Origin: a bacterium
Lineage (GTDB): Bacteria > UBA9089 > CG2-30-40-21 > SBAY01
Direction: 5' to 3'
Assembly (NCBI GenBank): GCA_040757115.1
Contig: JBFLYA010000003.1
Location: forward strand, 1-58,260
Length of the DNA stretch: 58,260 nt
A program made the translations under genes and the position numbers. Below the pieces are notes generated by a model, which searched no databases, was not told where the DNA came from, and worked only from the letters and a program-made list of their open reading frames with translations. Within the stretch, counting starts at the first letter, position 1. Each line of letters opens with the position of its first letter. Positions 36,959 through 47,652 of this stretch are shown piece after piece.

Positions 36959-39900
36959 TTATTGCCAAAACCGCCCTGTTAGCCTTAGATAAACTCCTCT
37001 GGCTGAATAACTATCATCAGGTATCTCACCATCTTTGTATTCGATGAGGTTATATCCTAAGACAAATTTAAAGCGGCTGTTAAATCCAAAACCTAACTCT
37101 ACGATAGGATTTAGCTTATAGTCATTTGTCAAATGTTGATGTAGAATTCTATATCCGCCGGTTATATCAAACCTTTCGTTAATATTATAAGTTAATCTAC
37201 CCATTATAAGGTCAATATGAGAAATAATATCCTCTACCTCTATCCTCCTCATTGCATACTTTCCAAATAGACTCCATTTATTAGTAGGAACATAGATAGA
37301 TTCTAAGGAAGCAATAGCACTTTTATTACTAAACTCATATTTACTCAATAAATTGAATTTATTACTCTGAGTAGGTCTGTAGGCTAATGCAAGTAATAGC
37401 TTTGATTCACAAGAACCAGTCTGTGTACCTCTATCCTCTTTTTTATTCTTCTCATAGGTATATTTCAAGTAGGTTGTTAATCCGTTGTGGAATTTCTGTT
37501 TTAGGTCTGCAATTAGTAATGCGGTAGAATCATTAACACTTCCCTCTTTTGAGTAAGAATATTTTAGAGAAGAGGTTAAGTCATTATTAATTTTTTGGTT
37601 AAGTTCAACATCTCCTGAAATAGTCTCCTCTTTATCCAATTCTTTCCTAATTTCGTTTTTAGCTGACAATTTTGTTTTATCAGTTGGTGTAAAATTTACC
37701 CCAAATGAGTTAGTAGTGGAATCAGTTATCTTCCCTGCACCAATCTTTTTTTCTGCATTATTTGCAGCCGAAATGACTATCTTTGGATGTGGTGAATAAT
37801 CTATTCCAATGGTAGTAGCAATGGATTTGGTCTTCGTCCCTTCGATGTAGTCAGCCTTCCAACCAAGTGCACAGGAGGTATTTAGCGATACCGATTCAAA
37901 TAGCTTAGTTATTGCTCCTATGGTAAGGTGATGTTCTCTAAGAAGATGTTTGCCATGTGCCATTTTATTAGTTAAATCATATTGGATAGAAGGTGATATC
38001 ATATCATATTCTGATGTTAATTTGAGGCTAATGTCATGAGTTATCGTATCTAAATCACGATTAATAAAATTATCAGAATCTGTAAGGCTGTATTTTAATC
38101 CAAAATCATGCCTACCTATTGAACCTCTATCTCCTAAAGTAAACATCTGTTTACGGCTCTTGTGAATTTGGTTACTCACCTTATTTTCTTCTTGAAAATT
38201 TGCAAAGAATGTAGAATTATCAAGCTCCTGTTTAAACCCCAGTCCAAATATATCAGTTTTTGTCTTATTTTTCTTGGGCTCATTAGTAGTTATCTTCTTT
38301 TGAACATATAAGGCTTTATCAGTCATTAGCTTGTAATCAACTCGTGAGCCGTATTCTCGGATATCCTTTTGAGTAGTAAGATTAGTGATGTCATAAAACT
38401 CTGGTCCATACTGGTTAAAATCGTCTCTTTCTTTATCAGCAGTAGCCTCAATTTTATTAGAGAAGTTAGCTCCAATTTGATGATAAAAGGTCTTAACCTT
38501 GCATCTATCGTTTGAGTGAGAAGATAAGGTTTCTATAAAAGAGGCAGAGTTGTTAACTTTTGGATTTAATAGTTCTAAGTCTCCATCGGTCTGGGCATAT
38601 TCACCCTTAATAGTAAATTCTTTGCAGGGATTAAAAGAACTATCTAACCCATAAAGGTGGTAGTCAGTTGGAGACTGTTCCTCTTTGATATAAGTTGTAC
38701 CTACTTCTAAGCTCTTATGTGGTTTTGTTACTCCACGAAACCCATAAATGGCATGTTTGTAATCTGCACCTATGGGAATATATTCATAAATCACTACAAT
38801 ATAATATCTGATTCCTCCACTTTCGATTAAAGGGACAGGCTCTTCAAATATCAACCTTCCTGTATCATAATCCAGGGAATAGTCCTTATCTTTTTCTTTC
38901 TCTATAGTGGCAAAAACTTGTAAGTTTTTCTCATCCCGGGTTTGGATTTTAATCTTTTCACTTCCATCCACAATTGGGCAATGTGTAAGATAGTAAGGGC
39001 CACAAATTCCCCTCCCAGGTATATCATCCCGAGCACTAACTTGTCTTGTAGAGGCACCAAATACAGTAATCCTGGAATTGGCGATATGTTTTTCTATCTT
39101 TGCTCCGGTAAGACTTCTATGATATGTTGATAATTTATTTTCTCCTAATGCGGTTGAATAATCGCCATAAAGAAGCTCTAAATCCTTAGATTGTAATTTT
39201 AGAAAGATAGGGTCAGAAGATGGAGTGTTATTAACGACTTTACTATCATCACCATAGATTGGATAGTAATCATCTGGATTAGCCGGAGAGGATAATTTAT
39301 CCTTGCGAGTTTTCTTAGTATCAAGTGAAGTAGTAAGTTGATATTTATCTTTTAACTTAGTTTTTAAGTAAAAGGCTAAGCATCCTTTATATCTTGCACT
39401 ATTTCCATACTTTTTACGAAATGCCTTTATATTTCCAGTGACCGTATCTTCTTCCATTTCAAGCTCTGCTAATCCAATAAAAACAGGCTTATCTGTGTAA
39501 GTAGCAGAGTATCTTTTATCCGCTGCCCTTAAGATACCAAAGTCTAACTTTGCCATTCCATGAGGAGAAAGATCAATAAATTGTGGCTTAGTAGTACTTA
39601 AAGAATACTCATCAGATAAGGTATTTATGTCAATCATTAGCAGGTGACGACCTGGTTTAACCGCTGGAATTGAGTATCTACCTTCATCATCAGTAATTAC
39701 ACTCATCCCATTTTCCATAAGGATGCTTACATTACCAATTCCCGCCTCTCTATCTTGCTGTATCCCATCACCATTAGTATCCTCATATACCTTGCCAATT
39801 ATAATCCCATGCTCTCTAAATACTCCATCTTTAATCCTGACTATTGCAAATACATTAGTTACTACTTTCTCCCCTTTTTCAGCAGTGCCCGATACCTCTG

Positions 39901-41254
39901 CTAAGTTCTTTTGGTCACCAGATTCAGCATCAATCCCAACTAACACCTTGTAAGTTAGTATCTTTTCTTCATTAATTGGGAAATCGCCAATCTCCCAGGT
40001 AAAAGGATTTTTACCTATCGGGTCTTTAAAGCAGTCAGAATTTAACCTACTTGTCCCTTTGATATACTTAAAATTATATGGGAATTTATCTACTATTTTA
40101 ACCTGATTTATCTTCCCATAGCCAATATTCTTAACCTTGATGGTATAAGTTATTATATCACCAATCTGAGCGGTTTTATCACTTGCCGTTTTAATAACCA
40201 ATAAAGATGTATTGTGGTCAAGATAGATATCCTTTGTAAGTGTCTGTCCTGAAATCAAATGGAAGGTAGTAGAGGTCTTTGGATAATAATAGTCTGCCCT
40301 GGCGGTAAGATAGTAATATCCTGCGGCTAAATTACTAAAGCTATAATCACCTGTAGCATTTGATGTTGTCGAACCAACGAAATTGCCAGATGCTTCATAG
40401 ATAGAAACTACTGCATTAGCTATCACGGCACTATTCCCTGCGTCTTTTATCTTTCCCTGAATAGTACCTGTCCCGGTTGTAGTATTTGTATCTACAGTGA
40501 TTATTCCTGAGCCAATGGTAATAGAATTAATATCTTGAATCAAGTATTTATATTCATTATCAGATACAACAGTTCCAGAGCCATTTGTCCCATCCCAATT
40601 AACTGATAGTGCTCCAGAGGTTTGAGTAGCATTATTAAGTAAGGTTTTTATTACTGCATCTTCAATATCACGGATTGTCACTGTAATGGTATTATTAGAA
40701 TCGAGGTAATAATAGATAGTCGTAATATCATTTATCCCATCGCCATCTGGTGAGAATGGATTTGGCTGGACGAATGAACTCTCAAGGAAACCTGCGGTAA
40801 CACTGTAAGTAATAGTCCCATGATAATCGCCAGGGTAATCTGTCCAGTTAACTTGTAACTTATAGTCATAATCAAGGACACTACCTGCTGATGTAGTAGT
40901 ACCTCCTGAGGCTATTGTGCTTGATGTAGTGCTAAAGGAAGTCCAAACTGGATTTATAGAAGAATGGTCTGCCCATTGTAATTGACTTATAGAAATGGTT
41001 TTTGTAGCACCACTGGTTTTTATTAAATCGCCAGTAGCCTGGGCGGATAAACTCCAGTTCCCACCAGTAGAGACAACTACAATCTGCGTAGCATAAGGAA
41101 TTATACTTGATGAGTCTTTTGGACCAACATCACCAAAATTTACATTATTGCCTGAAGAGGTGATGGTGAGAATATATCCTGAAGTCTTACTTACATTCAC
41201 CAAAACACAAAATAAAATAACTATGAAAATCATTAGTTTATTAACCTTTTCCAT
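36959..41254 (-). CDS. Large exported protein: pilin-like domain, FlgD-Ig, carboxypeptidase-regulatory-like, DUF11, SdrD-B-like and C-terminal beta-barrel-like region
   Basis: Signal peptide; VNFGDV...PGDYHGTITYSV; PNPFSPDGDG...VNWDG; GTIQGKI...GDYSF; KTASDKTAQIGDIITYTIKVKN; GKVYEDTNGDG; amphipathic strands ending YLRLTGRFWQ. Confidence 0.82.
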   Translation of the reverse strand: MEKVNKLMIFIVILFCVLVNVSKTSGYILTITSSGNNVNFGDVGPKDSSSIIPYATQIVVVSTGGNWSLSAQATGDLIKTSGATKTISISQLQWADHSSINPVWTSFSTTSSTIASGGTTTSAGSVLDYDYKLQVNWTDYPGDYHGTITYSVTAGFLESSFVQPNPFSPDGDGINDITTIYYYLDSNNTITVTIRDIEDAVIKTLLNNATQTSGALSVNWDGTNGSGTVVSDNEYKYLIQDINSITIGSGIITVDTNTTTGTGTIQGKIKDAGNSAVIANAVVSIYEASGNFVGSTTSNATGDYSFSNLAAGYYYLTARADYYYPKTSTTFHLISGQTLTKDIYLDHNTSLLVIKTASDKTAQIGDIITYTIKVKNIGYGKINQVKIVDKFPYNFKYIKGTSRLNSDCFKDPIGKNPFTWEIGDFPINEEKILTYKVLVGIDAESGDQKNLAEVSGTAEKGEKVVTNVFAIVRIKDGVFREHGIIIGKVYEDTNGDGIQQDREAGIGNVSILMENGMSVITDDEGRYSIPAVKPGRHLLMIDINTLSDEYSLSTTKPQFIDLSPHGMAKLDFGILRAADKRYSATYTDKPVFIGLAELEMEEDTVTGNIKAFRKKYGNSARYKGCLAFYLKTKLKDKYQLTTSLDTKKTRKDKLSSPANPDDYYPIYGDDSKVVNNTPSSDPIFLKLQSKDLELLYGDYSTALGENKLSTYHRSLTGAKIEKHIANSRITVFGASTRQVSARDDIPGRGICGPYYLTHCPIVDGSEKIKIQTRDEKNLQVFATIEKEKDKDYSLDYDTGRLIFEEPVPLIESGGIRYYIVVIYEYIPIGADYKHAIYGFRGVTKPHKSLEVGTTYIKEEQSPTDYHLYGLDSSFNPCKEFTIKGEYAQTDGDLELLNPKVNNSASFIETLSSHSNDRCKVKTFYHQIGANFSNKIEATADKERDDFNQYGPEFYDITNLTTQKDIREYGSRVDYKLMTDKALYVQKKITTNEPKKNKTKTDIFGLGFKQELDNSTFFANFQEENKVSNQIHKSRKQMFTLGDRGSIGRHDFGLKYSLTDSDNFINRDLDTITHDISLKLTSEYDMISPSIQYDLTNKMAHGKHLLREHHLTIGAITKLFESVSLNTSCALGWKADYIEGTKTKSIATTIGIDYSPHPKIVISAANNAEKKIGAGKITDSTTNSFGVNFTPTDKTKLSAKNEIRKELDKEETISGDVELNQKINNDLTSSLKYSYSKEGSVNDSTALLIADLKQKFHNGLTTYLKYTYEKNKKEDRGTQTGSCESKLLLALAYRPTQSNKFNLLSKYEFSNKSAIASLESIYVPTNKWSLFGKYAMRRIEVEDIISHIDLIMGRLTYNINERFDITGGYRILHQHLTNDYKLNPIVELGFGFNSRFKFVLGYNLIEYKDGEIPDDSYSARGVYLRLTGRFWQ

Positions 41255-41301
41255 TTCTATCACATCCTTGTTGGGTAACTGGGTAATTAACATTCAATCA
41301 G

Positions 41302-42837
41302 TTACCTTATTACCCGAAATGAAACTTCTTGAGTAATTACCTCTTTACCTCCAATAATTAATGTTACTATTGAAAGATATTCTCCTGGCAAAAGTTTTAA
41401 TTCAGAGCTTTTACCTAAATTTTGTATCATCTCTGGTTCTAACTCTACTCGGGCAATAGGTATCTCACCTACAACATTTCTCTGGCTATCTATTATTTCA
41501 ATCATTCCCTCTACATAAATGGGAATCTTACATGTATTTTTAAATACTAATTCTGGAATAATTGGTTTGTTAGCTTGAGTAGTGGGAATATTAAACTTAA
41601 GTATCTTGCCTTCTTGAGATAGAACCTTTTTAATTACACAAAAATTCTGAGTTGCTACCTCTCTTTTGCCATCATATTCAACGCTTGCATAAGCGGTATA
41701 ACTGCCAATTGGTAGTCCTTCTTTTAACACTGCCTTTAGTTCTTTACTACTTCCTGCTGGAATAGTCTCTTTTTCGAAAAGTGTAGTTGCCATTATTTCA
41801 CCTTCTCTATTCTTAATGATTATTTCTCCAGTAGTTGTAAGATTGACATTTCCAGCATTAAACACGAACAAGGCAAAATAAATTGGTTTATTCCAAACAG
41901 CAATTGGAATAGTAAAAGAAATTATCTCAAGTTTTATTATTCCGATCTCATTTGGTCTGACTACCATAAATGGGGTGAGTAGTTCCACAGGTTCTCCATC
42001 TTCAATTTTAATATTAGATTCTGCTGTATATGTACCAACTGCTAAGTCTTTTAGTCTAAAGGGGAGTGTTATTTGATGTGAGTAATTAGGTAGGACAACT
42101 TCAGGTCTAATCTCCAGTTTAGCAATCTTCAATCCAAATGGATTTTTAATAGTTACATTTCCATGTAGTCTAAGATGTATATTACCTGTATTAACAAATC
42201 TTAGAAGGATAATAATAGGTTGCCCTGGTTTATCTTGTAGGAAACTAATATCACTAATCTTTCCTTTTCTTTTTAATTCTCCAGGAAATGTAAATGCCAA
42301 AATAACCGCACTCTTTACAGATTTATTATTTATAGGAGTAGTTTCAAAGACGATAGCTGTATAAAATCCACCTGTTATTTCTTCTGGTGTACGGAACTCT
42401 ACCTTAACTATTTTAGATTCTTTAGCATCAAGTATAAAATTAGATGGATTAACATCAATCAGTTTAGTCTCCCCCCATGGTTTGGTTATGAATAAATGAC
42501 TACCATCTAATTCCTGGCCTAATTGAGTAGGATAGACCTGAATCTGCTGAGAAAGATTAATAAGACTATAAACTCTAATAGGAAATGAATAACTCTTCCC
42601 ATAGATAGTTTTTTCGAGCATGAATGGGTCAAGTTTGATAGTTCTGGAGGCAAATTCTTGTTTTGTAGGTTGAAAGAGTCTTTCTGCAACCCTAAGAAAG
42701 ACCTCCTGAGTAGCACTTACCCCCTCGGCTATGGTAGGTTTTATAACAAGTAATAGTCCCAATATGAGGATTATAATAGGACTTTTTAGTCCTTGTTTGG
42801 ATACAATTGTATTGTTCTTCAATTTTATAATATCCAT
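41302..42837 (-). CDS. Exported multi-Ig protein, pilus-chaperone/DUF916-like (paralog of 42923-44377)
   Basis: Signal sequence; PSNFIL...GGFYTAIVF; repeated F.NTGN.....G.I.I and GxYTA units. Confidence 0.65.
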   Translation of the reverse strand: MDIIKLKNNTIVSKQGLKSPIIILILGLLLVIKPTIAEGVSATQEVFLRVAERLFQPTKQEFASRTIKLDPFMLEKTIYGKSYSFPIRVYSLINLSQQIQVYPTQLGQELDGSHLFITKPWGETKLIDVNPSNFILDAKESKIVKVEFRTPEEITGGFYTAIVFETTPINNKSVKSAVILAFTFPGELKRKGKISDISFLQDKPGQPIIILLRFVNTGNIHLRLHGNVTIKNPFGLKIAKLEIRPEVVLPNYSHQITLPFRLKDLAVGTYTAESNIKIEDGEPVELLTPFMVVRPNEIGIIKLEIISFTIPIAVWNKPIYFALFVFNAGNVNLTTTGEIIIKNREGEIMATTLFEKETIPAGSSKELKAVLKEGLPIGSYTAYASVEYDGKREVATQNFCVIKKVLSQEGKILKFNIPTTQANKPIIPELVFKNTCKIPIYVEGMIEIIDSQRNVVGEIPIARVELEPEMIQNLGKSSELKLLPGEYLSIVTLIIGGKEVITQEVSFRVIR

Positions 42838-42857
42838 TATTTCTCACCCCTATTTTG

Positions 42858-42940
42858 TGGTGGTAATTGGTTAAATGGTAACTGGTTAAATGGTAATTGG
42901 TTAAATGGTTACCAATCACCAGTTACCAATTACCAGTTAC
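42858..42940. repeat. Short tandem 7/8-mer repeats forming a palindrome (GGTAAYT / ARTTACC)
   Basis: ggtaattggttaaat repeated, then accagttaccaatt repeated; similar arrays at 44396-44451 and 45433-45490. Confidence 0.75.
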
Positions 42941-44377
42941 CAAGAATGGACTTGTTTTTGTAATCATCTTTCCATCTCCAAATATCAAAGTAGCTACTGC
43001 CTTGTATAATCCTGCAGGTAACTCTCCTTGCCAGCTTGCTCCTAACCTCTGGGTCATATCTATTTCTATCGTCTTTCTATCAATAGTTATTTGCCCAACA
43101 GTCATTCCTTGACTATTTTCCAACTCAATCATTCCCTCTACCTGGAGTGGAACATTCCCGGTATTTCTAAATAGTAATTTAGGAAGAATTAATACATTTC
43201 CAGCATTGACTTTTGGTATAGTAAGTTCAATTATTTCCCCTGCCTGGATTATCTCCTTTTCAATTACATTAATGTTAGTTGTTGCAGTTACTATTTTTTC
43301 ATCTGAATACTTAATCTTTACTGTAGCAGTATAGGTACCAATTGGCAATCCTTTAGATAGAACAGTTGTTACTTCCTTACTCCCATGCGCTATCACTTCA
43401 TTTATTTTTATTGGTACTCTTTCTATTATTTCATTTTCAAAGTCTTTCACTTCTATTTCCCCACCAATAGATAGGTTAACATTTCCACTATTGTGAAAGA
43501 GTAACTTAAAGCATAGTGGTTTATGTTGGACAACCTTTATTTGCTCGAAGGAAGCTATTTCTCCTTTTAGTATAGCAATCTCATTAGTATTAATGACCTC
43601 GAAGGTCTTTTTAGCTATTAATGACTTGCCTGCAAATGTTATATTAGACTCGGCAGTATATATTCCAACTTGTAGGTTTTCTGGTTTCCATTTAGCTATT
43701 AATTGGCGGGAGTAGGAGGGGAGTATCTTCGCTGGTTTTATAAATACCTTGTCTATTTTCTCTCCAGCCTGGTTTCTAATGACCACATATCCCTCTGGTC
43801 GTAAGTAGATATTACCTGTATTGTGAAAAGTTGATAGGATATAGATTTCTTCTCCCTGTTTGTTTTGTATTATATCAACTGATGTAATGGCAGCTTCTTT
43901 GATTGATTCTCCAGGAAGTGTTAATAGGGTTATCGCGCCTACCCGAGGGAGAGAGGCAACATGTCCCTCTCCAGAAGGTGTCAGAGGTCGCGCCTCAACA
44001 TATATTATTCCATAAAGTCCACCGCCACTATCCTTTGGTATTTGAATCTCTGCCTCTACTATACTTGATTGACCACCTGCTAACTTAATTTTAGCCGGAT
44101 TAAATTTAATCCATCTGACTAATGAAAATGGTGCATCAATATCATCTAAGGATATAGCCTCACCATCTAATTTTTGACCTAAACTGCTTGCGTATACAAA
44201 ATACTCCAATGTTTCAGGTCCAGGATTTTCAATAGTAAGTGGGATGATATGGTCATCTTCAGATACACTTCTATCAATACTGGCAGGTGTAAGAGAGATA
44301 CCAAAGGCACTTATCTCGCTTTGCCAGCCCAACAATAACAATAATAGTATTAACGCTATTCCATATTTAAACTTCAT
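42923..44377 (-). CDS. Exported multi-Ig protein, pilus-chaperone/DUF916-like
   Basis: Signal peptide; GISLTPA, WIKFNPAKIKL, GGLYGIIYV; three FxNxGN...GxYxA repeats; GGAGG RBS. Confidence 0.7.
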   Translation of the reverse strand: MKFKYGIALILLLLLLGWQSEISAFGISLTPASIDRSVSEDDHIIPLTIENPGPETLEYFVYASSLGQKLDGEAISLDDIDAPFSLVRWIKFNPAKIKLAGGQSSIVEAEIQIPKDSGGGLYGIIYVEARPLTPSGEGHVASLPRVGAITLLTLPGESIKEAAITSVDIIQNKQGEEIYILSTFHNTGNIYLRPEGYVVIRNQAGEKIDKVFIKPAKILPSYSRQLIAKWKPENLQVGIYTAESNITFAGKSLIAKKTFEVINTNEIAILKGEIASFEQIKVVQHKPLCFKLLFHNSGNVNLSIGGEIEVKDFENEIIERVPIKINEVIAHGSKEVTTVLSKGLPIGTYTATVKIKYSDEKIVTATTNINVIEKEIIQAGEIIELTIPKVNAGNVLILPKLLFRNTGNVPLQVEGMIELENSQGMTVGQITIDRKTIEIDMTQRLGASWQGELPAGLYKAVATLIFGDGKMITKTSPFLVTGNW

Positions 44378-44460
44378 TTTCCTCTACCTCCTTTATGGTA
44401 ATTGGGTAATTGGGTAATTAGGTATCCAGTTACCTAATTACCTAATTACCCACTACTACT

Positions 44461-44642
44461 CTTATCTTTACCCATAAGTTTTACTGGACAATGTTACATT
44501 CATTCACAATTCGCAATTCACCATTCACAATTCACAATTTCTTCCCTAAATCTCCTTAAAATGGTGAATGGTGAATTGTCAATTGTGAATTGTGAATTAT
44601 CACTCTTCACGGTGTCCAGTAAAAATTGTGGGACATGATTAG
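44461..44642. mobile_element. 182-bp MITE
   Basis: 30-bp TIRs (24/30) ending TTTTACTGGACA; 9-bp target duplication ACTACTACT (44452-44460, 44643-44651); internal TTCACAA/TTGTGAA heptamer palindrome. Confidence 0.85.
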
Positions 44643-44652
44643 ACTACTACTC

Positions 44653-44688
44653 TGGGCGTACAGATGTTAACCAGAATCTGTACGCCCA
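44653..44688 (-). terminator. 13-bp stem hairpin after the pilin-like gene
   Basis: TGGGCGTACAGAT / ATCTGTACGCCCA; no U-tract, so possibly an mRNA stability element. Confidence 0.6.
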
Positions 44689-44722
44689 ATGAGTTTGTGA
44701 TACAACTAACATACACCTCCTT

Positions 44723-45262
44723 TTACTCTAATGCATTTTGATAGACAGAGAAAGTGAGTACGCAGTGATGGGTTCTACCAGAGGGAAGTGCCTCGTCAGC
44801 ATAGTCAATTTGTTGCGAGTAGTCAATATAGGTTACGGTTGCCGCATTTCCGGTGTGTTCTAAATCTGAACACCCTTGTACAACAGCCTCAGTCGTCCCA
44901 ATAGTTGTAAGCACAGCCTGAGCAGTTTCTTTAGCCTTGAGCGCATACTGTAATGTTCTGGTCGTATCTGTAGCATAAGCCGCTGATGCAGTAATATACT
45001 CCTGCATAGTGGCCTTATCGCTCTTAGCCTTAATGTTGTAATCAACATTTGATTGAACAGACACCCCTTGAGCATCGTTCTTTTCGGTAGTACCAATTGG
45101 TAAAGCACCCATGTCATAACTGGCGCCTGTCAATGACATTACCAGAGTAGGAACGATTGTTGCATCAACAGTTGATGTACTGGAACCCTGAGTCGCTCCA
45201 TAGGCTATGTTAGCTATCACAAAACTTAATCCTATTGCTAATCCTATTGCTATCCGTTTCAT
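44723..45262 (-). CDS. Putative major pilin / WxL- or SCPU-like subunit
   Basis: 179 aa, signal peptide, Thr/Ala-rich; VDATIVPTLVMSL, YDMGAL, VSVQSNVDYNI, SGRTHHCVLTFSV; strong RBS. Confidence 0.6.
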   Translation of the reverse strand: MKRIAIGLAIGLSFVIANIAYGATQGSSTSTVDATIVPTLVMSLTGASYDMGALPIGTTEKNDAQGVSVQSNVDYNIKAKSDKATMQEYITASAAYATDTTRTLQYALKAKETAQAVLTTIGTTEAVVQGCSDLEHTGNAATVTYIDYSQQIDYADEALPSGRTHHCVLTFSVYQNALE

Positions 45263-46014
45263 CTTTTATCACCTCCTTTGTTCTTAGAATAGTTAGCTTG
45301 ACTACGAAAAGCAAGCTAACGAATGTGGGATTTAGGAGTTAAGAAGAAGTGAGGATTTTTATTAAAAAATTATATCCTCATCTCTAACTCCTAAATCCAT
45401 TTTTTTAAAAAATTTAACACCTCCTTTTTTTTTGGTAATTGGTAACTGGTGAATGGTAATTAGTTACCAGTTACCATTTAACCGATTACTTACTTTATAA
45501 TTTCGTGAAGCCCTATTAAGATTTTTTATGCCCTATTTAATACTCACCATTATCATATTAAGTATTACTAAAAACATTGTTAACCTTAATAACCAAATTG
45601 CTAACCATGTGCTCATTTCTTTATTATCTCCCTTGGTATATAATTGAGCGAATTTTTTCATATTGCTCAATACCACCATCTACTATTTCTCTAAATCTCC
45701 TGGCATAGTTATCAATCCAGACAAATGGATCTAAGCCAGATTCTTGAATAAGTCTAATCTGAAATGTATTTGCTTGATAAGTACTCATTGTTATCATCTC
45801 CTGATTTATTTAGTTTCTTTGATTTAAGAGATTCAACTAATTTTGTTTTATCTGTAGATGACTCTACTACTCTCTCCGCGTCATATTCTACATAATCAAT
45901 GTAATAACATTTTCGTGGGATGCCATTAATCTTTTTTATTTTAATATTCAGGTTTATCATACAAAGCTTATCCATTTTAATCATCCCCTTTTGTAACAAA
46001 TATCAGGTCTCAAA

Positions 46015-46548
46015 TTATAAAGGTATTCTCATTCTCTCATTCTTCTGTGTTAATGCCTCTTTTACATTTTGTATTAGTTCATTTAAGTCAATTGGTTTAA
46101 TCATAAATGTATAGATATTTCCGAGTGCAATTTCTGGGTCTTGTTTAAATCCTCTGTATGCGGTGGAAATAATCACTGTCAAATTTTTATCTTCATTTCT
46201 TATTCGTTTAAGGAGTTCCAGTCCATTTATATCTGGCATCTTTATGTCTAAAACTACTAAGTCTGGTCGATAATTTCTAATACACTCTAAAGCCTTTTTA
46301 CCTGTCTCTGCGGAGTAAACTACATATCCTTCTCGATATAATGTTTCCATAAATGCCATACAAATATTATGCTCATCTTCAACTACTAATACTCGCTCGA
46401 CTGACTTTGTTCCACCATTTAAATTTAATGATTGAACATTAGGGAACTCAGGCATTGTAGTTCCTGGAGGTAATTTTTGCCATACCTCAGAATGTAAATA
46501 TTCATCATAATGATTTTCATATAAAGTACCATTAATTTGCGTTATCAT
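46015..46548 (-). CDS. Stand-alone response regulator receiver with N-terminal extension
   Basis: VLVVEDE, LDIKMP, STAY, KP. Confidence 0.88.
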   Translation of the reverse strand: MITQINGTLYENHYDEYLHSEVWQKLPPGTTMPEFPNVQSLNLNGGTKSVERVLVVEDEHNICMAFMETLYREGYVVYSAETGKKALECIRNYRPDLVVLDIKMPDINGLELLKRIRNEDKNLTVIISTAYRGFKQDPEIALGNIYTFMIKPIDLNELIQNVKEALTQKNERMRIPL

Positions 46549-46562
46549 TTTAATCCACCTCC

Positions 46563-46955
46563 TTAATATAAATTACCCCAAACTTTTGGATTCATTCTTT
46601 CTCCTAATATCTCTGTTACCTTTGCCCTTAACACTTCAATATCAATTGGTTTAGTCATAAAAGCTGATATCTTACCTAATGTTATCTCTGGATCTTTTTC
46701 TAAGCCTTTGTATGCACTAATTATTATTATTGGTAATTCCTGATTCACTGTTCGTATCTTCTTTAATACTTCTAACCCATTTATACCCGGCATCTTTATA
46801 TCCATGATAAGTAAATCGGGCTGATACTCTTCAAATTTTTGTAAAATTTGCTTACCATTTTCTACTTCTAAGATTTCAAAGTCTTCACGATTAATGGTTT
46901 CTATTAATGCCCGTCTGATGAGTTTATTATCATCTCCAATTAATATCCTTTTCAT
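46563..46955 (-). CDS. Stand-alone response regulator receiver
   Basis: ILIGDD, MDIKMP, ISAY, KP. Confidence 0.9.
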   Translation of the reverse strand: MKRILIGDDNKLIRRALIETINREDFEILEVENGKQILQKFEEYQPDLLIMDIKMPGINGLEVLKKIRTVNQELPIIIISAYKGLEKDPEITLGKISAFMTKPIDIEVLRAKVTEILGERMNPKVWGNLY

Positions 46956-47332
46956 TTTATCTTCACCTCCTTTACCTCTTTTAACATCTCATTTACTTTA
47001 TTTTTCAACACATTCAGGTCTATTGGTTTGACCATAAGGGTAACTATGTTTCCCATCGCTACCTCAGGATCTTTGGCTAACTCTTTATATGCTGTAACTA
47101 TCATTACGGGTACCGAATACTGTTCTGTCCTTATCCTCTTCAACAGCTCTATTCCATCTATCTTTGGCATTTTTAAATCCAGAATTAGCAGATGAGGTTT
47201 ATATATCTTAAGGTTTTCTAATGCCCTTGCCCCATCTTCTACTGTAAATGTTAGGTATCCTTCCTGATATAATGTTTCAAGTAGTGCTCTTCTAAAATGA
47301 CTATCATCTTCTGCAACTAAAATCCGTTTCAT
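46952..47332 (-). CDS. Stand-alone response regulator receiver
   Basis: ILVAEDD, LDLKMP, VTAY, KP. Confidence 0.9.
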   Translation of the reverse strand: MKRILVAEDDSHFRRALLETLYQEGYLTFTVEDGARALENLKIYKPHLLILDLKMPKIDGIELLKRIRTEQYSVPVMIVTAYKELAKDPEVAMGNIVTLMVKPIDLNVLKNKVNEMLKEVKEVKIK

Positions 47333-47376
47333 TTTTACCTACCTCCTATCTATTTTTTACTTTCCATTAATGTAAG

Positions 47377-47394
47377 AAGCAAAAAGCATGCCAA
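47377..47394 (-). promoter_or_regulatory. Sigma-54 (-24/-12) promoter
   Basis: TTGGCATGCTTTTTGCTT (GG-N10-GC) 44 bp upstream of the first receiver gene, next to a sigma-54 activator gene. Confidence 0.8.
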
Positions 47395-47652
47395 AGTTTA
47401 AAAGAGAATAAGAATTTTTTCTTAACTAATTGACTTAACATAGGTTAGTAAGTAGGAAGGTTAATTATTTTGTAGTGGTATCAGATGGATTATTGAGGAA
47501 ATTGATACCTAGAGAGTTATTGATATAAATTAAAAATAATCTCTAAGTTATTTATTTATAGGTATTAACAAACTGGGGATTATTTTCCTCACTTTAATGT
47601 GAAAGTAGAAGGAAGAAGGCGAGAAAAAGGTTGGGGTTAAAAGTGGGGTTTG

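Noticed and set aside
42858-45490. CRISPR array in the short intergenic repeats
   Set aside because: Units are 7-15 bp tandem or palindromic repeats without unique spacers; no cas genes.
45754-45999. Hypothetical 81-aa ORF between the receivers and the pilin gene
   Set aside because: Co-oriented and possibly real, but no evidence for a product.
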